A stretch of DNA of 64,000 nucleotides from a virus (IMGVR_UViG_3300047160_009226:96001-160000), one strand, 5' to 3'; numbered from the stretch's first letter, positions 37,753 through 47,022 are shown. Numbers and translations: made by a program. Notes: generated by a model not told the origin, from the letters alone.

Positions 37753-38598
37753 TTATCCTCTTATCATAGAAAGCCCGAACCGAAATCCATTCCTTGAACC
37801 AAAAATCGATTCCGGATCGACTTTATACTCTCTCATCAACTTTCTAACCAACTCAAGGATTATATACCTTGATTTGGCCACGGCTCCACCAGTCCACTCA
37901 GGTGCACCACCTTCGGGCTCGAGTTGCATGGAGTTCAAAATATTAGCTATATTGTCGTCCGTGTATTTCTTTCCAGTCTCCCTCTGCTTTTTCATCAAAT
38001 CCCACATCTCCACGTATGCGGCACCATTACGATGGTCGGACAACATTTTTGGAACCGCAGCAAATGCCTTCTCTTTCTTGGGATTCTCTTCCTGGAACCT
38101 AAGCACCTCGTAAGGACTCGGCTCGGACGACTGTGGCAGAAACCACTCGCCGATATCGCCTTCCTCACCACTACCTACCCCACGATCGATTGACCAGATC
38201 TTGGGTCGGTTCAGAAACCGCTTTCGCTCGTTGAAAATATTGGCGATCTCTCGACTCAGGTTCATTTTAAAATAACCGTCGAAAGTTTGTGGTGCACTCC
38301 CTGCCGCCACCTGCTTCTGATACCGACGAATATAGTCGTAAACAGAAGGTCGAGTCTTCTTTTTCGGAATGTGTGTAAAAATGTGTTCAATGAAATCGTT
38401 AGCTCTGTCTTCAGCATCCCCAATAGGAAGACCAGTAGCCCTTGCGAGCGTACGAGCAGCGTAAGTGTAAAAGTTAAAGTCTTGCTTTCCCATCGGGAGT
38501 TCATCGAGACCAAGTTCCTCGACTATCTCGGGCATGATCTCCATATGAATCCAACGATTGAGACCTTCACCAGTCCCAGGTCCTGATCCTGCAGCCAT
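37753..38598 (-). CDS. divergent ECF-type sigma-70 family factor
   Basis: Region 2-like DAEDRANDFIEHIF and FDGYFKMNLSREIANIFNERKR; region 4-like YTDDNIANILN..GAVAKSRYIILELVRK. Confidence 0.6.
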   Translation of the reverse strand: MAAGSGPGTGEGLNRWIHMEIMPEIVEELGLDELPMGKQDFNFYTYAARTLARATGLPIGDAEDRANDFIEHIFTHIPKKKTRPSVYDYIRRYQKQVAAGSAPQTFDGYFKMNLSREIANIFNERKRFLNRPKIWSIDRGVGSGEEGDIGEWFLPQSSEPSPYEVLRFQEENPKKEKAFAAVPKMLSDHRNGAAYVEMWDLMKKQRETGKKYTDDNIANILNSMQLEPEGGAPEWTGGAVAKSRYIILELVRKLMREYKVDPESIFGSRNGFRFGLSMIRG

Positions 38599-38644
38599 TG
38601 GTCCACTCCCCCCCAGATCAGTAAAGGCTTCTCTTCCTCACTTT

Positions 38645-38672
38645 ACCATACCCCACGAGTCATGAAATTTTC
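38645..38672 (-). promoter_or_regulatory. putative promoter GAAAAT-N16-TATGGT (variant)
   Basis: Minus strand reads agGAAAATttcatgactcgtggggTATGGT, in the intergenic space upstream of the sigma-like gene. Confidence 0.45.
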
Positions 38673-38775
38673 CTAAAAAATCTCACAACTCGTCGAAATT
38701 CCAAACTGTCTATCGATCCGATCCCTCCATTAAACCATAAATCTCAATCGAATGCAAGCCCGATTCACCGACCAC

Positions 38776-38985
38776 TTAAGTTCCCGAATGCAGAAATGAA
38801 AACCATTTATCACTGATCCTTACTTTTACTTCTTTGTCTTTGTTCTTCATAAGATAATCAATAATTGCGTATGGTCCCAGATCTCCTTCCATCCCAGTAG
38901 TGTCATAAGTCACGCCTTGACCGGAAAGCTCTATTTTACCTCCGACATGAAATATGACTCGCTCAAGAACGATCCCTTTTTTCAT
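38776..38985 (-). CDS. hypothetical protein
   Basis: 69-aa ORF. Confidence 0.55.
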   Translation of the reverse strand: MKKGIVLERVIFHVGGKIELSGQGVTYDTTGMEGDLGPYAIIDYLMKNKDKEVKVRISDKWFSFLHSGT

Positions 38986-39009
38986 CGACCCATCTCATAG
39001 ACCCACACC

Positions 39010-39951
39010 TCACATACTACTATAATCGACGATTGGCGGCGCGAACCCAACCACCGTATTACAAACCATCATCTCCGACTGACCCGTCGACATGGCTTTA
39101 TCCGTAAACCAACCAGCTAACTCGTCTAAAGGACATGTACCCAGTTGTGTAAATCCATGCATTTCTTTAAAATGTGGATCACTTGTTTTCTCACCCCAGC
39201 GCTCCCAGGCCTGTCCAATCCAAGCTAAGTTCTGATCTTTGTCATAATCATAAAGGCTGTAACAATGACCTCCAACCACAGATCCCTTCATCCTGAAAAA
39301 GCCCTTGTCATCAGTTTTCATCATACCATTGGGAATCTTACTCCCCACTGCAAGTGGAAATCCAGCGGACATTAATTCAAGACCATGCTCAAAAGAGTCG
39401 GCGATTGCAAATTCTTCCATTAAGTGATTACTTCCTTTATCTAATACATCCTTCTTTGGCTTCGTTCCAACTTGATGGTTAGATATATCACTAGGACCAC
39501 TAGGATAATATTGTAACTCAACACAACCGCGTTTCTTTGATCCTTTAAATGCTTCGCTAGAAATGAGTCCATCTCCAGAGCCCATGTTGTAGCCACTTTC
39601 AGTGCACTGCCAACGAGCTATGTCATAAGTATAAAGTGGAGAAAGCCGAACTAAAGGTAAAGGCGTTCCGGTTGTTGCCGTCGCTCCTTCAGGTATCCGT
39701 AATCTCGTCATCATTGTTCCACACGTGTTGAACCCAACACAAAAACCGCGATCTCTCTGGCTCAAAAAACTTGCATGATAGAATCTTCGAATATCCGGGG
39801 ACTTCTGCGGACTCTGACCATGGTGAAATCGAGGTGCTAACGGAGTCGTACTAACAATCTGATCCCAAAATTTCATGTTCGCATCAACATCCCAGCCCAA
39901 CGCTCGTACTAAGCCTCCAGGTAATTCATAAAAATGATCTGATTCATCCAT
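39010..39951 (-). CDS. papain-like (C1A) cysteine peptidase
   Basis: SQRDRGFCVGF (Q-x5-C), LSPLYTY, GGHCY (His) and GQAW..WG at the NSWG position. Confidence 0.8.
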   Translation of the reverse strand: MDESDHFYELPGGLVRALGWDVDANMKFWDQIVSTTPLAPRFHHGQSPQKSPDIRRFYHASFLSQRDRGFCVGFNTCGTMMTRLRIPEGATATTGTPLPLVRLSPLYTYDIARWQCTESGYNMGSGDGLISSEAFKGSKKRGCVELQYYPSGPSDISNHQVGTKPKKDVLDKGSNHLMEEFAIADSFEHGLELMSAGFPLAVGSKIPNGMMKTDDKGFFRMKGSVVGGHCYSLYDYDKDQNLAWIGQAWERWGEKTSDPHFKEMHGFTQLGTCPLDELAGWFTDKAMSTGQSEMMVCNTVVGFAPPIVDYSSM

Positions 39952-39953
39952 CT

Positions 39954-40916
39954 CTAACGAGTCCTACTTGAAGAGGCTGGTAGCTTCACCTGATGAAGTG
40001 CTTGAGATATCTCTTTCCAAGCTTGAGTGTGAGCTTCTACCGTCGATGGTAACTTTCCAGAGGCGTTAATCTTACCCAATTGAGTCTTAAGAGGTGTGAA
40101 AAAATAGTGAGAAAAATAATTATAATCACTCCCAAGTGCAGATTTATAGAGATCAGACGTCGCCTGAACAAACTTAGTGGCGTCTGTAAAGCTTGAAGAT
40201 TGTGCAATCATTTTATCGAAAGAATCATATATCAAAGGAATGCGGCTTTGCCACTTATCTTCTGTCGACATTTTATCAAGAATACTCTGAGTATATCCTT
40301 TCATGCCATAAGTATCTTCTTGCTTTGGCTCAGGAGGAGTTGGCACCGGAAGAGGAGGTTCAGGAGTTGGCCCTGGCGGTTTCGGTAGAGGCTCAGGTTT
40401 TGGCTTACTCGGCTCAGTGACATCGATATCAACAAAAGCATAAGACCTAACCGTATTTGCTTTATTGTCATCTGTAGCAAATGCAACAAGTGCAATTCGA
40501 TACTTTCCAGCTTTATCTGGTACTAGTAAACCATAAGCTAATACATGGTTTTTATGATAAAGTTTCGTAACAAATGACTTTGACCCTTCGGGGCTGAAAA
40601 CTATATCAAAATCTGGTTCAATAGAAGATACCGTGCCTGTAAAATCTAGGACTACATATGAATCAGTACTCACACTGGTCGGTGCAGTAATCTTAGCTTT
40701 TGGTTCTTTATCAACAGGTTCTAGATGGGTTATCTCTTGAGTAGTAGAAACAAGAACTTTTAAAGGTGTTGATTCTTGATCAGAAGTAGACGCCGCTTTC
40801 TTTTGACGTGAAGAAGAATCTGTCTTATCTATTTGACTATCTAAAGAGCCACATACTATATAGAGGTATGCACCAAATACAAGTCCAAAACATGTAGTAA
40901 TGGCAAGCCTTCGCAT
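39954..40916 (-). CDS. membrane-anchored protein with an Ig-like domain, a Pro-rich linker and a helical C-terminal domain
   Basis: N-terminal hydrophobic helix after MRR; PKPEPLPKPPGPTPEPPLPVPTPPEP linker. Confidence 0.75.
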   Translation of the reverse strand: MRRLAITTCFGLVFGAYLYIVCGSLDSQIDKTDSSSRQKKAASTSDQESTPLKVLVSTTQEITHLEPVDKEPKAKITAPTSVSTDSYVVLDFTGTVSSIEPDFDIVFSPEGSKSFVTKLYHKNHVLAYGLLVPDKAGKYRIALVAFATDDNKANTVRSYAFVDIDVTEPSKPKPEPLPKPPGPTPEPPLPVPTPPEPKQEDTYGMKGYTQSILDKMSTEDKWQSRIPLIYDSFDKMIAQSSSFTDATKFVQATSDLYKSALGSDYNYFSHYFFTPLKTQLGKINASGKLPSTVEAHTQAWKEISQALHQVKLPASSSRTR

Positions 40917-40936
40917 AAACTATCTCCCACTAAAAT

Positions 40937-41193
40937 TTACTCTACGATGACCCTATCAAGTGGAATTAAACCTGGCTCATTGGTCTCAGGATCAACAACA
41001 CTCACATGTTCTTGTCCTCTGCGTACAAAATTAACTTCTCTCGGATTCCCAGCGTCATCCTTAACTTTAAAAGAAAAACCTTGCTTCTTACCCCTCAGGT
41101 AAGAAAAAACTTTATCAAGTATAGCATCCTTATGAGCGTTCTCTTCAAACCGACGCATAAAAAAGTTCCCAAATAGCAGTTTACATAGCTCAT
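40937..41193 (-). CDS. small protein, either 73 aa from ATG 41158 or ~85 aa from ATG 41193 via a -1 frameshift at T TTT TTA
   Basis: The strong SD AGAGGAG precedes ATG 41193, which is 35 nt upstream of ATG 41158 and out of frame with it. Confidence 0.6.
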
Positions 41194-41220
41194 CGTTTCT
41201 CTCCTCTACTGACTAGCAAA

Positions 41221-42588
41221 CTAAACTCTAATTGAAATAGAACCCCTCTGCACCAGCAAAGCTTTTCTCCTAGTTCCCAATCGCTCGTAAGTTTCTCGCG
41301 TCACATATACCTTAGGCCACGGATATGCGCTAAACCTTATTTCTGCCACTTCAGTCCTCATGTCTGTTCCACAAAAACGACATTCATCCCGTTCAATCAA
41401 GTCCAACTTATGGCAACCGGGACATTTGTAAGTCTTTGCCGCTAAAATCTTGTTCTCCCTTGGAATCTTACTTGAAACCAACCAAAAAGCTCGAAACATG
41501 GATTCCAGTCTCTGTATCCGTGCTGGAATGGAAGGAGGAGCCATTCTCAATGTATGCGCAATCTCCTCGATTTGCAAACCAGCCATCAATAGAGTATAAA
41601 AATCCATCCACGTTCGCCGCTCTTTAATCATGATCGAAGGATCATAATTCGGGTTAGAGAAATCCTTCTGTGTAATAAAATCTCCTGTAAACATATCGAC
41701 ATACTGCGCATGATCCACCGGATCTTGTGTAATATAATCCACTAGTAAATAATTGGGAACCATTGGGCAAATTCCAATGTCATTAAGTTCAGGAGTTGTT
41801 ACCCTACTATTGAAACGTCCTCCTTGAAGATAGAAAACATTCATCTCTACCAATGTTGGAATTTCAATAGTTCCTGGAGGAAGAAGAGTGCATAACTTTT
41901 CAAAATCGCGACGCACAATAGTCCTGATTGGTTTCTGTAATCTCAAATATCTCTCCCAATCTTCCATAACCTCCTGCCTGATGAGATCGTCCTCAAGAAA
42001 CTCATCCTGATTGAGATCGTATAAACAGGATGCAGCTGTTCTGCCGTGTTTATCACGATCGTGTTCTCTGTCTAAAGAAAAAGCACCAGTTGTCACCTTC
42101 TTGCTTCTCCTTGACTTATATGTGTGCACATACCGTTGAATCGGCTTCAACAAAAAGTTGCGCCACGGTGAGACCAGTGGATTATATCTCTCCACCCATC
42201 TTGCCTTCACCCACTTTAGAGACATTTCCTGTACGATATCTTCAACATCATCATTCAACACTCTTGTACTGCGGACCAGTTGACATAACCAATCACGGCC
42301 ATTGCTCGATGAAAAAGCCTGCTCGAATGTTTGACCAGTGAATCCATAATTCTCAATCAACAACCGATATCTATCTCTGTAGAATTCCTCCCATGAGTCA
42401 TATGTTTTATTCAACCTCGCAAGAATGTTAATAGCTTCCTCACTGTAAAGCGAAAAACCATCTATAAAAATTTTCAAAATCTCAGCTTCCTCACCCTCCC
42501 TGGAGCATTCCCTCGCCAATAACTCAAGAATGTTCACACTCTCTGGAGTGAGGATCCACATCTGTGCTTTCTCCCGGTTGGAGTCCAT
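41221..42588 (-). CDS. large divergent sigma-70 family factor with an internal insertion and a C-terminal zinc ribbon
   Basis: DDVEDIVQEMSLKW..YNP..WRNFL (region 2), LLMAGLQIEEIAHTLRM..RIQRL (region 4 HTH), CPGC..CRFC. Confidence 0.65.
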   Translation of the reverse strand: MDSNREKAQMWILTPESVNILELLARECSREGEEAEILKIFIDGFSLYSEEAINILARLNKTYDSWEEFYRDRYRLLIENYGFTGQTFEQAFSSSNGRDWLCQLVRSTRVLNDDVEDIVQEMSLKWVKARWVERYNPLVSPWRNFLLKPIQRYVHTYKSRRSKKVTTGAFSLDREHDRDKHGRTAASCLYDLNQDEFLEDDLIRQEVMEDWERYLRLQKPIRTIVRRDFEKLCTLLPPGTIEIPTLVEMNVFYLQGGRFNSRVTTPELNDIGICPMVPNYLLVDYITQDPVDHAQYVDMFTGDFITQKDFSNPNYDPSIMIKERRTWMDFYTLLMAGLQIEEIAHTLRMAPPSIPARIQRLESMFRAFWLVSSKIPRENKILAAKTYKCPGCHKLDLIERDECRFCGTDMRTEVAEIRFSAYPWPKVYVTRETYERLGTRRKALLVQRGSISIRV

Positions 42589-42750
42589 TCAATCATCAGA
42601 ATAAAAACCTTCTCTCGGTTTCAACGAGAAACCAATCGTAAATGCAAAAAAGCACACAACACAATCTTGATCCTACCCATTACAGATAGTATCAGATTTA
42701 GAATACCAAGGTCTAATTCAATAAATAAGAGAAAGCCGAAGAATAACCAA

Positions 42751-44046
42751 TCACAAAACCTTGACGTTCGATATCCCTTGTACCAATCGACGTAGATGCC
42801 CCTCAGAGACCCGCTCAAGAGACCTTAAAGAATATGCACGATCGCCCATCTTGATCAATAGTGGCACCTTTACTACATTCTGTACATGCGCTGCCTGAAA
42901 GATCGCCAGGTGGAGTCTACCTGCGTCTTCTGCTGTAATCCCTGACACCAAGAGCGTTACATCGTCTCTTTTAGGCGAAGCCTTCTCTGGCTTTGGCAAA
43001 TCCTTTGTTGCTGGATCGAGATCATCAATTCCTGTCAGATTCCCCCAATTATCTCCAATCTCAATATCAACTTTCAGTGGAATATTCCATTTAGGAATGG
43101 TAGGGAGGATTTTCCCTTTAGGAGTAAGCGTCATTTCCCGGCCGATGTCCCGTAAAATTTCATACATTGCTGCGGATTCACGGATCTCAAAGTCCAATTC
43201 ATCATGAACTGTCAACATCATTTTCACGTCATCACATAACTTTTGCTTTGTGAGAAAAGAATCAACACGAGTCATGGCTATCTTCAACAGATCAGCACTC
43301 GATCCCTGAATCGGGCTGTTACATGCCGTTCTGTGACAGAATCCATGACCCATCTTCTTTCCGGCTTTCTTCCCTTTCCCCGTACCTACATTCTCATTGG
43401 CCTTGGCAATCATCGCCTTCATCTCACGTTTACGTCGAAAGAATGTCCAGACATGTCCATGTTCCTTATAATACTCTTCCTGATTCTTTGTCCATTTTTT
43501 ATAAGTCGGAACAGCACCACACCACTTCCTCCATGCAATAACTGCTTCAGCGTATGTTAGTGTTGTCAAATGCCAAAATGTATCAACACCAGAAAGATAT
43601 AGATTTCCGAAGTTGCCCATCTTAGCAATGTCTCGTTGAGCCTTATCCGGTTCGTCAGTTCGGAACATAACACGAGCCATCTCAAAATGTAAATCTCTGT
43701 CCTCCTGAAATGCTTTGACCCAGACAGGCTCACCGGACAGAAGTGCTGCCACTCGAAGCTCGATCCCAGCAAAGTCGATGCATGCCCACTTGAATCCTGG
43801 TCTAGCTATGAATGCTTCTCGAATATTGATCCCAGGGCCGATCTTGATGGTCGTCTCTTCTTTGTCACAAATAGGAAAATACAGACAACCATCACAAGAA
43901 GGACGTACACAGTAATTTGCTTTGTCACGGATATAAAAATACTTCTCCTCCGGATGCTGAAGTTTTTTCTCGGGATCAGGATAGTATGTCAAGAGCTGCT
44001 TGGGAGGCTTGACATCACCAACTTCAAGGGTTTTCTTCTCAGCCAT
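42751..44046 (-). CDS. polA: family A DNA polymerase, C-terminal (catalytic) subunit
   Basis: Motif A IDFAGIELRVAALLSGE, motif B RDIAKMGNFGNLY, NSPIQGSSAD, motif C LTVHDEL; it has its own SD (AGGAG). Confidence 0.92.
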   Translation of the reverse strand: MAEKKTLEVGDVKPPKQLLTYYPDPEKKLQHPEEKYFYIRDKANYCVRPSCDGCLYFPICDKEETTIKIGPGINIREAFIARPGFKWACIDFAGIELRVAALLSGEPVWVKAFQEDRDLHFEMARVMFRTDEPDKAQRDIAKMGNFGNLYLSGVDTFWHLTTLTYAEAVIAWRKWCGAVPTYKKWTKNQEEYYKEHGHVWTFFRRKREMKAMIAKANENVGTGKGKKAGKKMGHGFCHRTACNSPIQGSSADLLKIAMTRVDSFLTKQKLCDDVKMMLTVHDELDFEIRESAAMYEILRDIGREMTLTPKGKILPTIPKWNIPLKVDIEIGDNWGNLTGIDDLDPATKDLPKPEKASPKRDDVTLLVSGITAEDAGRLHLAIFQAAHVQNVVKVPLLIKMGDRAYSLRSLERVSEGHLRRLVQGISNVKVL

Positions 44047-44064
44047 GACCTATCTCCTAGTTAT

Positions 44065-44238
44065 TTACACATTTTTGACCTGATATCCAGGAAGCACTGG
44101 CCCAACAAATCCAGGTGATGATGGGTCATGAAGCCAAAAATATACAATTAGATTGGGATCAAGCAATCCTAATCTAACCATCAACTCAACATCAACCTCT
44201 CTCTGGCCAAACCATTTCATCATTTCTTTTGTTGGCAT
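44065..44238 (-). CDS. 57-aa ORF between the two polA halves
   Basis: Manual translation MPTKEMMKWFGQREVDVELMVRLGLLDPNLIVYFWLHDPSSPGFVGPVLPGYQVKNV; it fills the gap. Confidence 0.45.
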   Translation of the reverse strand: MPTKEMMKWFGQREVDVELMVRLGLLDPNLIVYFWLHDPSSPGFVGPVLPGYQVKNV

Positions 44239-44261
44239 TGTTTTTCAATCATTTACTATAG

Positions 44262-45494
44262 TTATTTATTCGGGTCTTCAATCTTCACCCGCCTAACTTT
44301 AGCCGTCTTATAATCACTGGCGCTGGTAATTGCCTGCGGGTTCATTGGAGTGTACAGACTGTCGCCCTTGTCCACTCCTCCTGATGAAAATCTACCCGTA
44401 GGAGCCCCAATCGAGACGAACCGAAAAACCACCGAAGGACTGTCTTCAGTGGCAGTCAACAAAGGATCAACATAAGTTGTTATTTCCTTCACAATCGATC
44501 GATAAAAAAGAATGTCATCGACAATAGGATGCTCTTTCGCCAAAGGTGTAAGTGCTTTGGCGTTAGTCTCGTAATTCACCTGCTTCTCGTTCTGAGTTCT
44601 CTTCAATGGCACTCCCTTCTCTCTCAGAACCCGAGCCACTTCCTTGTTGGAGTCCAAGTCAAACTCTTCCTTCAAGTCGTCATAAATACCAGAAGAGACG
44701 TCATCGACCCATCGCTCCAGATCCTTATGTGCCTGCTGCAAAAATGCCCGATCAATCGTAATCCGATTCTCTGTCATTCGGCCCAACGTGCCAAGAAGTC
44801 TATGCTCCATATCGGCAATGAATCCTTGCTCTCGATCCACTTCTGGCTTACAAATATCTAAGACTGCCAATGAAAAGACTGGGTCGGCTGCCGCATATAG
44901 TGTAGCTTCTTCAGGATTCGAAAGAGAAAAGTCAATCTCCTTGGATCGCTTCCCTTTCCTAATCCCAGGAACATCATGAATGAGGTTCATCTCCTGCTTA
45001 CAAATCTCTAAGGCCGCATCCTTAAGGTTGAATTGTTTTTTATCAGAGTCGTACAGCCAACGATATACCATAGCATCGTTGAGGCTTTTTAGGGTGGTAT
45101 CACGATATACCCCCTTGTTCCGAAGAATCGTTCCCTCAAACTCCCAGTTATACACAACCACTAGTCTATGTTCAATCTCGTCCAACAACATCTGCCATAC
45201 TTGACTTGGATCCAGGTTCATTTCTGGAAAATTCATATGCTTGATCGGGACATATACCCCCTCCCTTTCTGTGAATGCCAAACAAAAACCGCACACAGAT
45301 TCCCATGTGCGGCTTAAGTCCTTCGTTTCAAAGTCGATCGAGATTCTATTAAATGCGTGCCCTCTCTGAAAGAATTCCCGAAGCTCTGACAAGGTCGTGA
45401 TCTGATACAATCTCCTCTCCGTCATCCACTCTTTCCACAAATGAGACTCCGCGAACGCTTTCTGAGTCTCTAAGGAAAAAGTATCAACTTGCAT
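44262..45494 (-). CDS. polA: family A DNA polymerase, N-terminal subunit (3'-5' exonuclease + thumb)
   Basis: Exo I ISIDFET, Exo II YNWEFE, Exo III YAAAD, FDLDSNKEV (thumb), TGRFSS and NPQAI (NLQNIP equivalent), then a stop. Confidence 0.9.
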   Translation of the reverse strand: MQVDTFSLETQKAFAESHLWKEWMTERRLYQITTLSELREFFQRGHAFNRISIDFETKDLSRTWESVCGFCLAFTEREGVYVPIKHMNFPEMNLDPSQVWQMLLDEIEHRLVVVYNWEFEGTILRNKGVYRDTTLKSLNDAMVYRWLYDSDKKQFNLKDAALEICKQEMNLIHDVPGIRKGKRSKEIDFSLSNPEEATLYAAADPVFSLAVLDICKPEVDREQGFIADMEHRLLGTLGRMTENRITIDRAFLQQAHKDLERWVDDVSSGIYDDLKEEFDLDSNKEVARVLREKGVPLKRTQNEKQVNYETNAKALTPLAKEHPIVDDILFYRSIVKEITTYVDPLLTATEDSPSVVFRFVSIGAPTGRFSSGGVDKGDSLYTPMNPQAITSASDYKTAKVRRVKIEDPNK

Positions 45495-45786
45495 GAGATC
45501 CCTCGATGTATTTTTCTAAAGGACACTTCCGATCCCTGTGATAAACACATTCAATGCAATGAACCGAAGAATCTGGACAGATCGTCAAAGATAATTCAGA
45601 CACATAAAAAATAGATCTACTGTTCTCAGGATTCGAAACCAACTTGGAACCTACACCAATACCTCTCAGACGACATCTTCTCATAACAATTTGATGACAT
45701 AGCGGCCCAAGACATACATTACTAACAATCTGAGCTGTTTTAGTTGAGATCAACTTGAGACAGCGGTGACATTTGATCATAATCAA
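45484..45786 (-). CDS. small Cys-rich (metal-binding?) protein
   Basis: CHRC..CLGPLC and CPDSSVHCIECVYHRDRKC clusters. Confidence 0.55.
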   Translation of the reverse strand: MIMIKCHRCLKLISTKTAQIVSNVCLGPLCHQIVMRRCRLRGIGVGSKLVSNPENSRSIFYVSELSLTICPDSSVHCIECVYHRDRKCPLEKYIEGSHAS

Positions 45787-46204
45787 CGTTCAACTCTCGG
45801 TCTTGTTGAGCCAAGATAATACATCCCACGGGATCAAATCGATCTCTCATTAAGAGTCTCAAAACGCTTTCCAATAAATTACCTTCAACTTTAGCTCGCA
45901 TCAGCAAATCATACTCAGGACTTATGATCTCTGGATGCTTGATATAATCTTCAATCGACTTGATCAATTCGACTCTAGTCTGATTATCTTGAGCTTTCTT
46001 CGTCTTTAAAACCAACAACAACTCCCGAAAAACGGGCTCCTTGAGCATCGCAACCATATCATTGGTCTCCTTCTTTCTACGATGTGGTAAAAATCCATTC
46101 TTAAGAAAGCCCTTCCTATGTAGTTTCTCCATCACTCTTTTAGACATACCGCCACCCTCAAAGAAAAAATCTTCCTTTTTCAATCCATTATAATTAAACA
46201 CCAA
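45740..46204 (-). CDS. hypothetical protein
   Basis: 154-aa ORF. Confidence 0.65.
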   Translation of the reverse strand: MVFNYNGLKKEDFFFEGGGMSKRVMEKLHRKGFLKNGFLPHRRKKETNDMVAMLKEPVFRELLLVLKTKKAQDNQTRVELIKSIEDYIKHPEIISPEYDLLMRAKVEGNLLESVLRLLMRDRFDPVGCIILAQQDRELNVDYDQMSPLSQVDLN

Positions 46205-46214
46205 TCCATTAAAA

Positions 46215-46778
46215 TTAATCCTTCTTTGACAAGTTAAAATTCATTCGCTCTACAAAAGATTGGAGTGCGATTTCTCGATGCTCCTTAGGAAGAGTAGCTA
46301 TAAACACCATAAAATCGTCACATGCCTTCGCCCATTGACGATACTTATCAAACTTGGCAACCCCTCGATGATTGATTAGATGCCGCTCCAAAAACCCCCG
46401 GTAAACCCCTTCTAGAGATGGCCGATACGGCACCTGAGCCCGCCGCAACACCTCCTGAGCCCGATCCCCGTCCACCGGCCAACGAACCAGGATGGCCCCT
46501 GCAGCGGCCTCCCGATCGATGTCCCGCATGGCCGCCCAAACTTGAGTGACCGTATATTGTACTACGCAGTAAAAGCACCAAATCGTTTTATCGTCTTCGT
46601 AAATCCGGGCTGATGGCTTTGCTTCTTGTCCAAGTTTATGAACGGGACATAGAATCTGGAGTGGAACTTTCCAGATGTCATACCCAAGTTCTGTTAATAC
46701 AGCCTTCATCGAAGCAGAATGATCAGCAACAATAATCATTTCCTGAGGTGTCACATGAATCTCTCCATACCGATTCAA
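46215..46778 (-). CDS. stand-alone DnaG-type CHC2 zinc-finger (primase zinc-binding domain) protein
   Basis: ILCPVHKLGQEAKPSARIY..IWCFYC; no TOPRIM domain in the ORF. Confidence 0.75.
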   Translation of the reverse strand: MNRYGEIHVTPQEMIIVADHSASMKAVLTELGYDIWKVPLQILCPVHKLGQEAKPSARIYEDDKTIWCFYCVVQYTVTQVWAAMRDIDREAAAGAILVRWPVDGDRAQEVLRRAQVPYRPSLEGVYRGFLERHLINHRGVAKFDKYRQWAKACDDFMVFIATLPKEHREIALQSFVERMNFNLSKKD

Positions 46779-46993
46779 CCAGGCCGTCTGACCTTGAAAC
46801 CTTCCTCCTTCATCCTGGCCATACCCCTGTTAAGAATCTCAGTCCCTGCCGCCTTGGCCTCATCCATAGTGGAAAAACGGAAATCCGACTGGCAGATTGG
46901 AGTACCATCACCGTCGTGAATCAGTATAGCGAACTTTCCATTTTTCGCGAGAATGGTAGAACAGACCCTCATCTGAGTTTTTCCAGCACCCAT
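46775..46993 (-). CDS. hypothetical protein
   Basis: 72-aa ORF coupled to its neighbours. Confidence 0.6.
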   Translation of the reverse strand: MGAGKTQMRVCSTILAKNGKFAILIHDGDGTPICQSDFRFSTMDEAKAAGTEILNRGMARMKEEGFKVRRPG

Positions 46994-47022
46994 TCATCAG
47001 CCCTCCCTAAATCAAGGTATCA

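Noticed and set aside
42621-42818. 65-aa hydrophobic ORF
   Set aside because: It overlaps the polA end and has no SD or motif support; it cannot be excluded entirely.
44255-44290. TATAGT just after the polA N-half as an eighth promoter copy
   Set aside because: The GAAAAW element and the preceding G are missing at the expected spacing.
43800-44330. Split intein or intron at the polA break
   Set aside because: No Cys/Ser-initiated N-intein, no HN-[CST] junction, and the C-half has its own strong SD. Only RT-PCR can fully exclude splicing.
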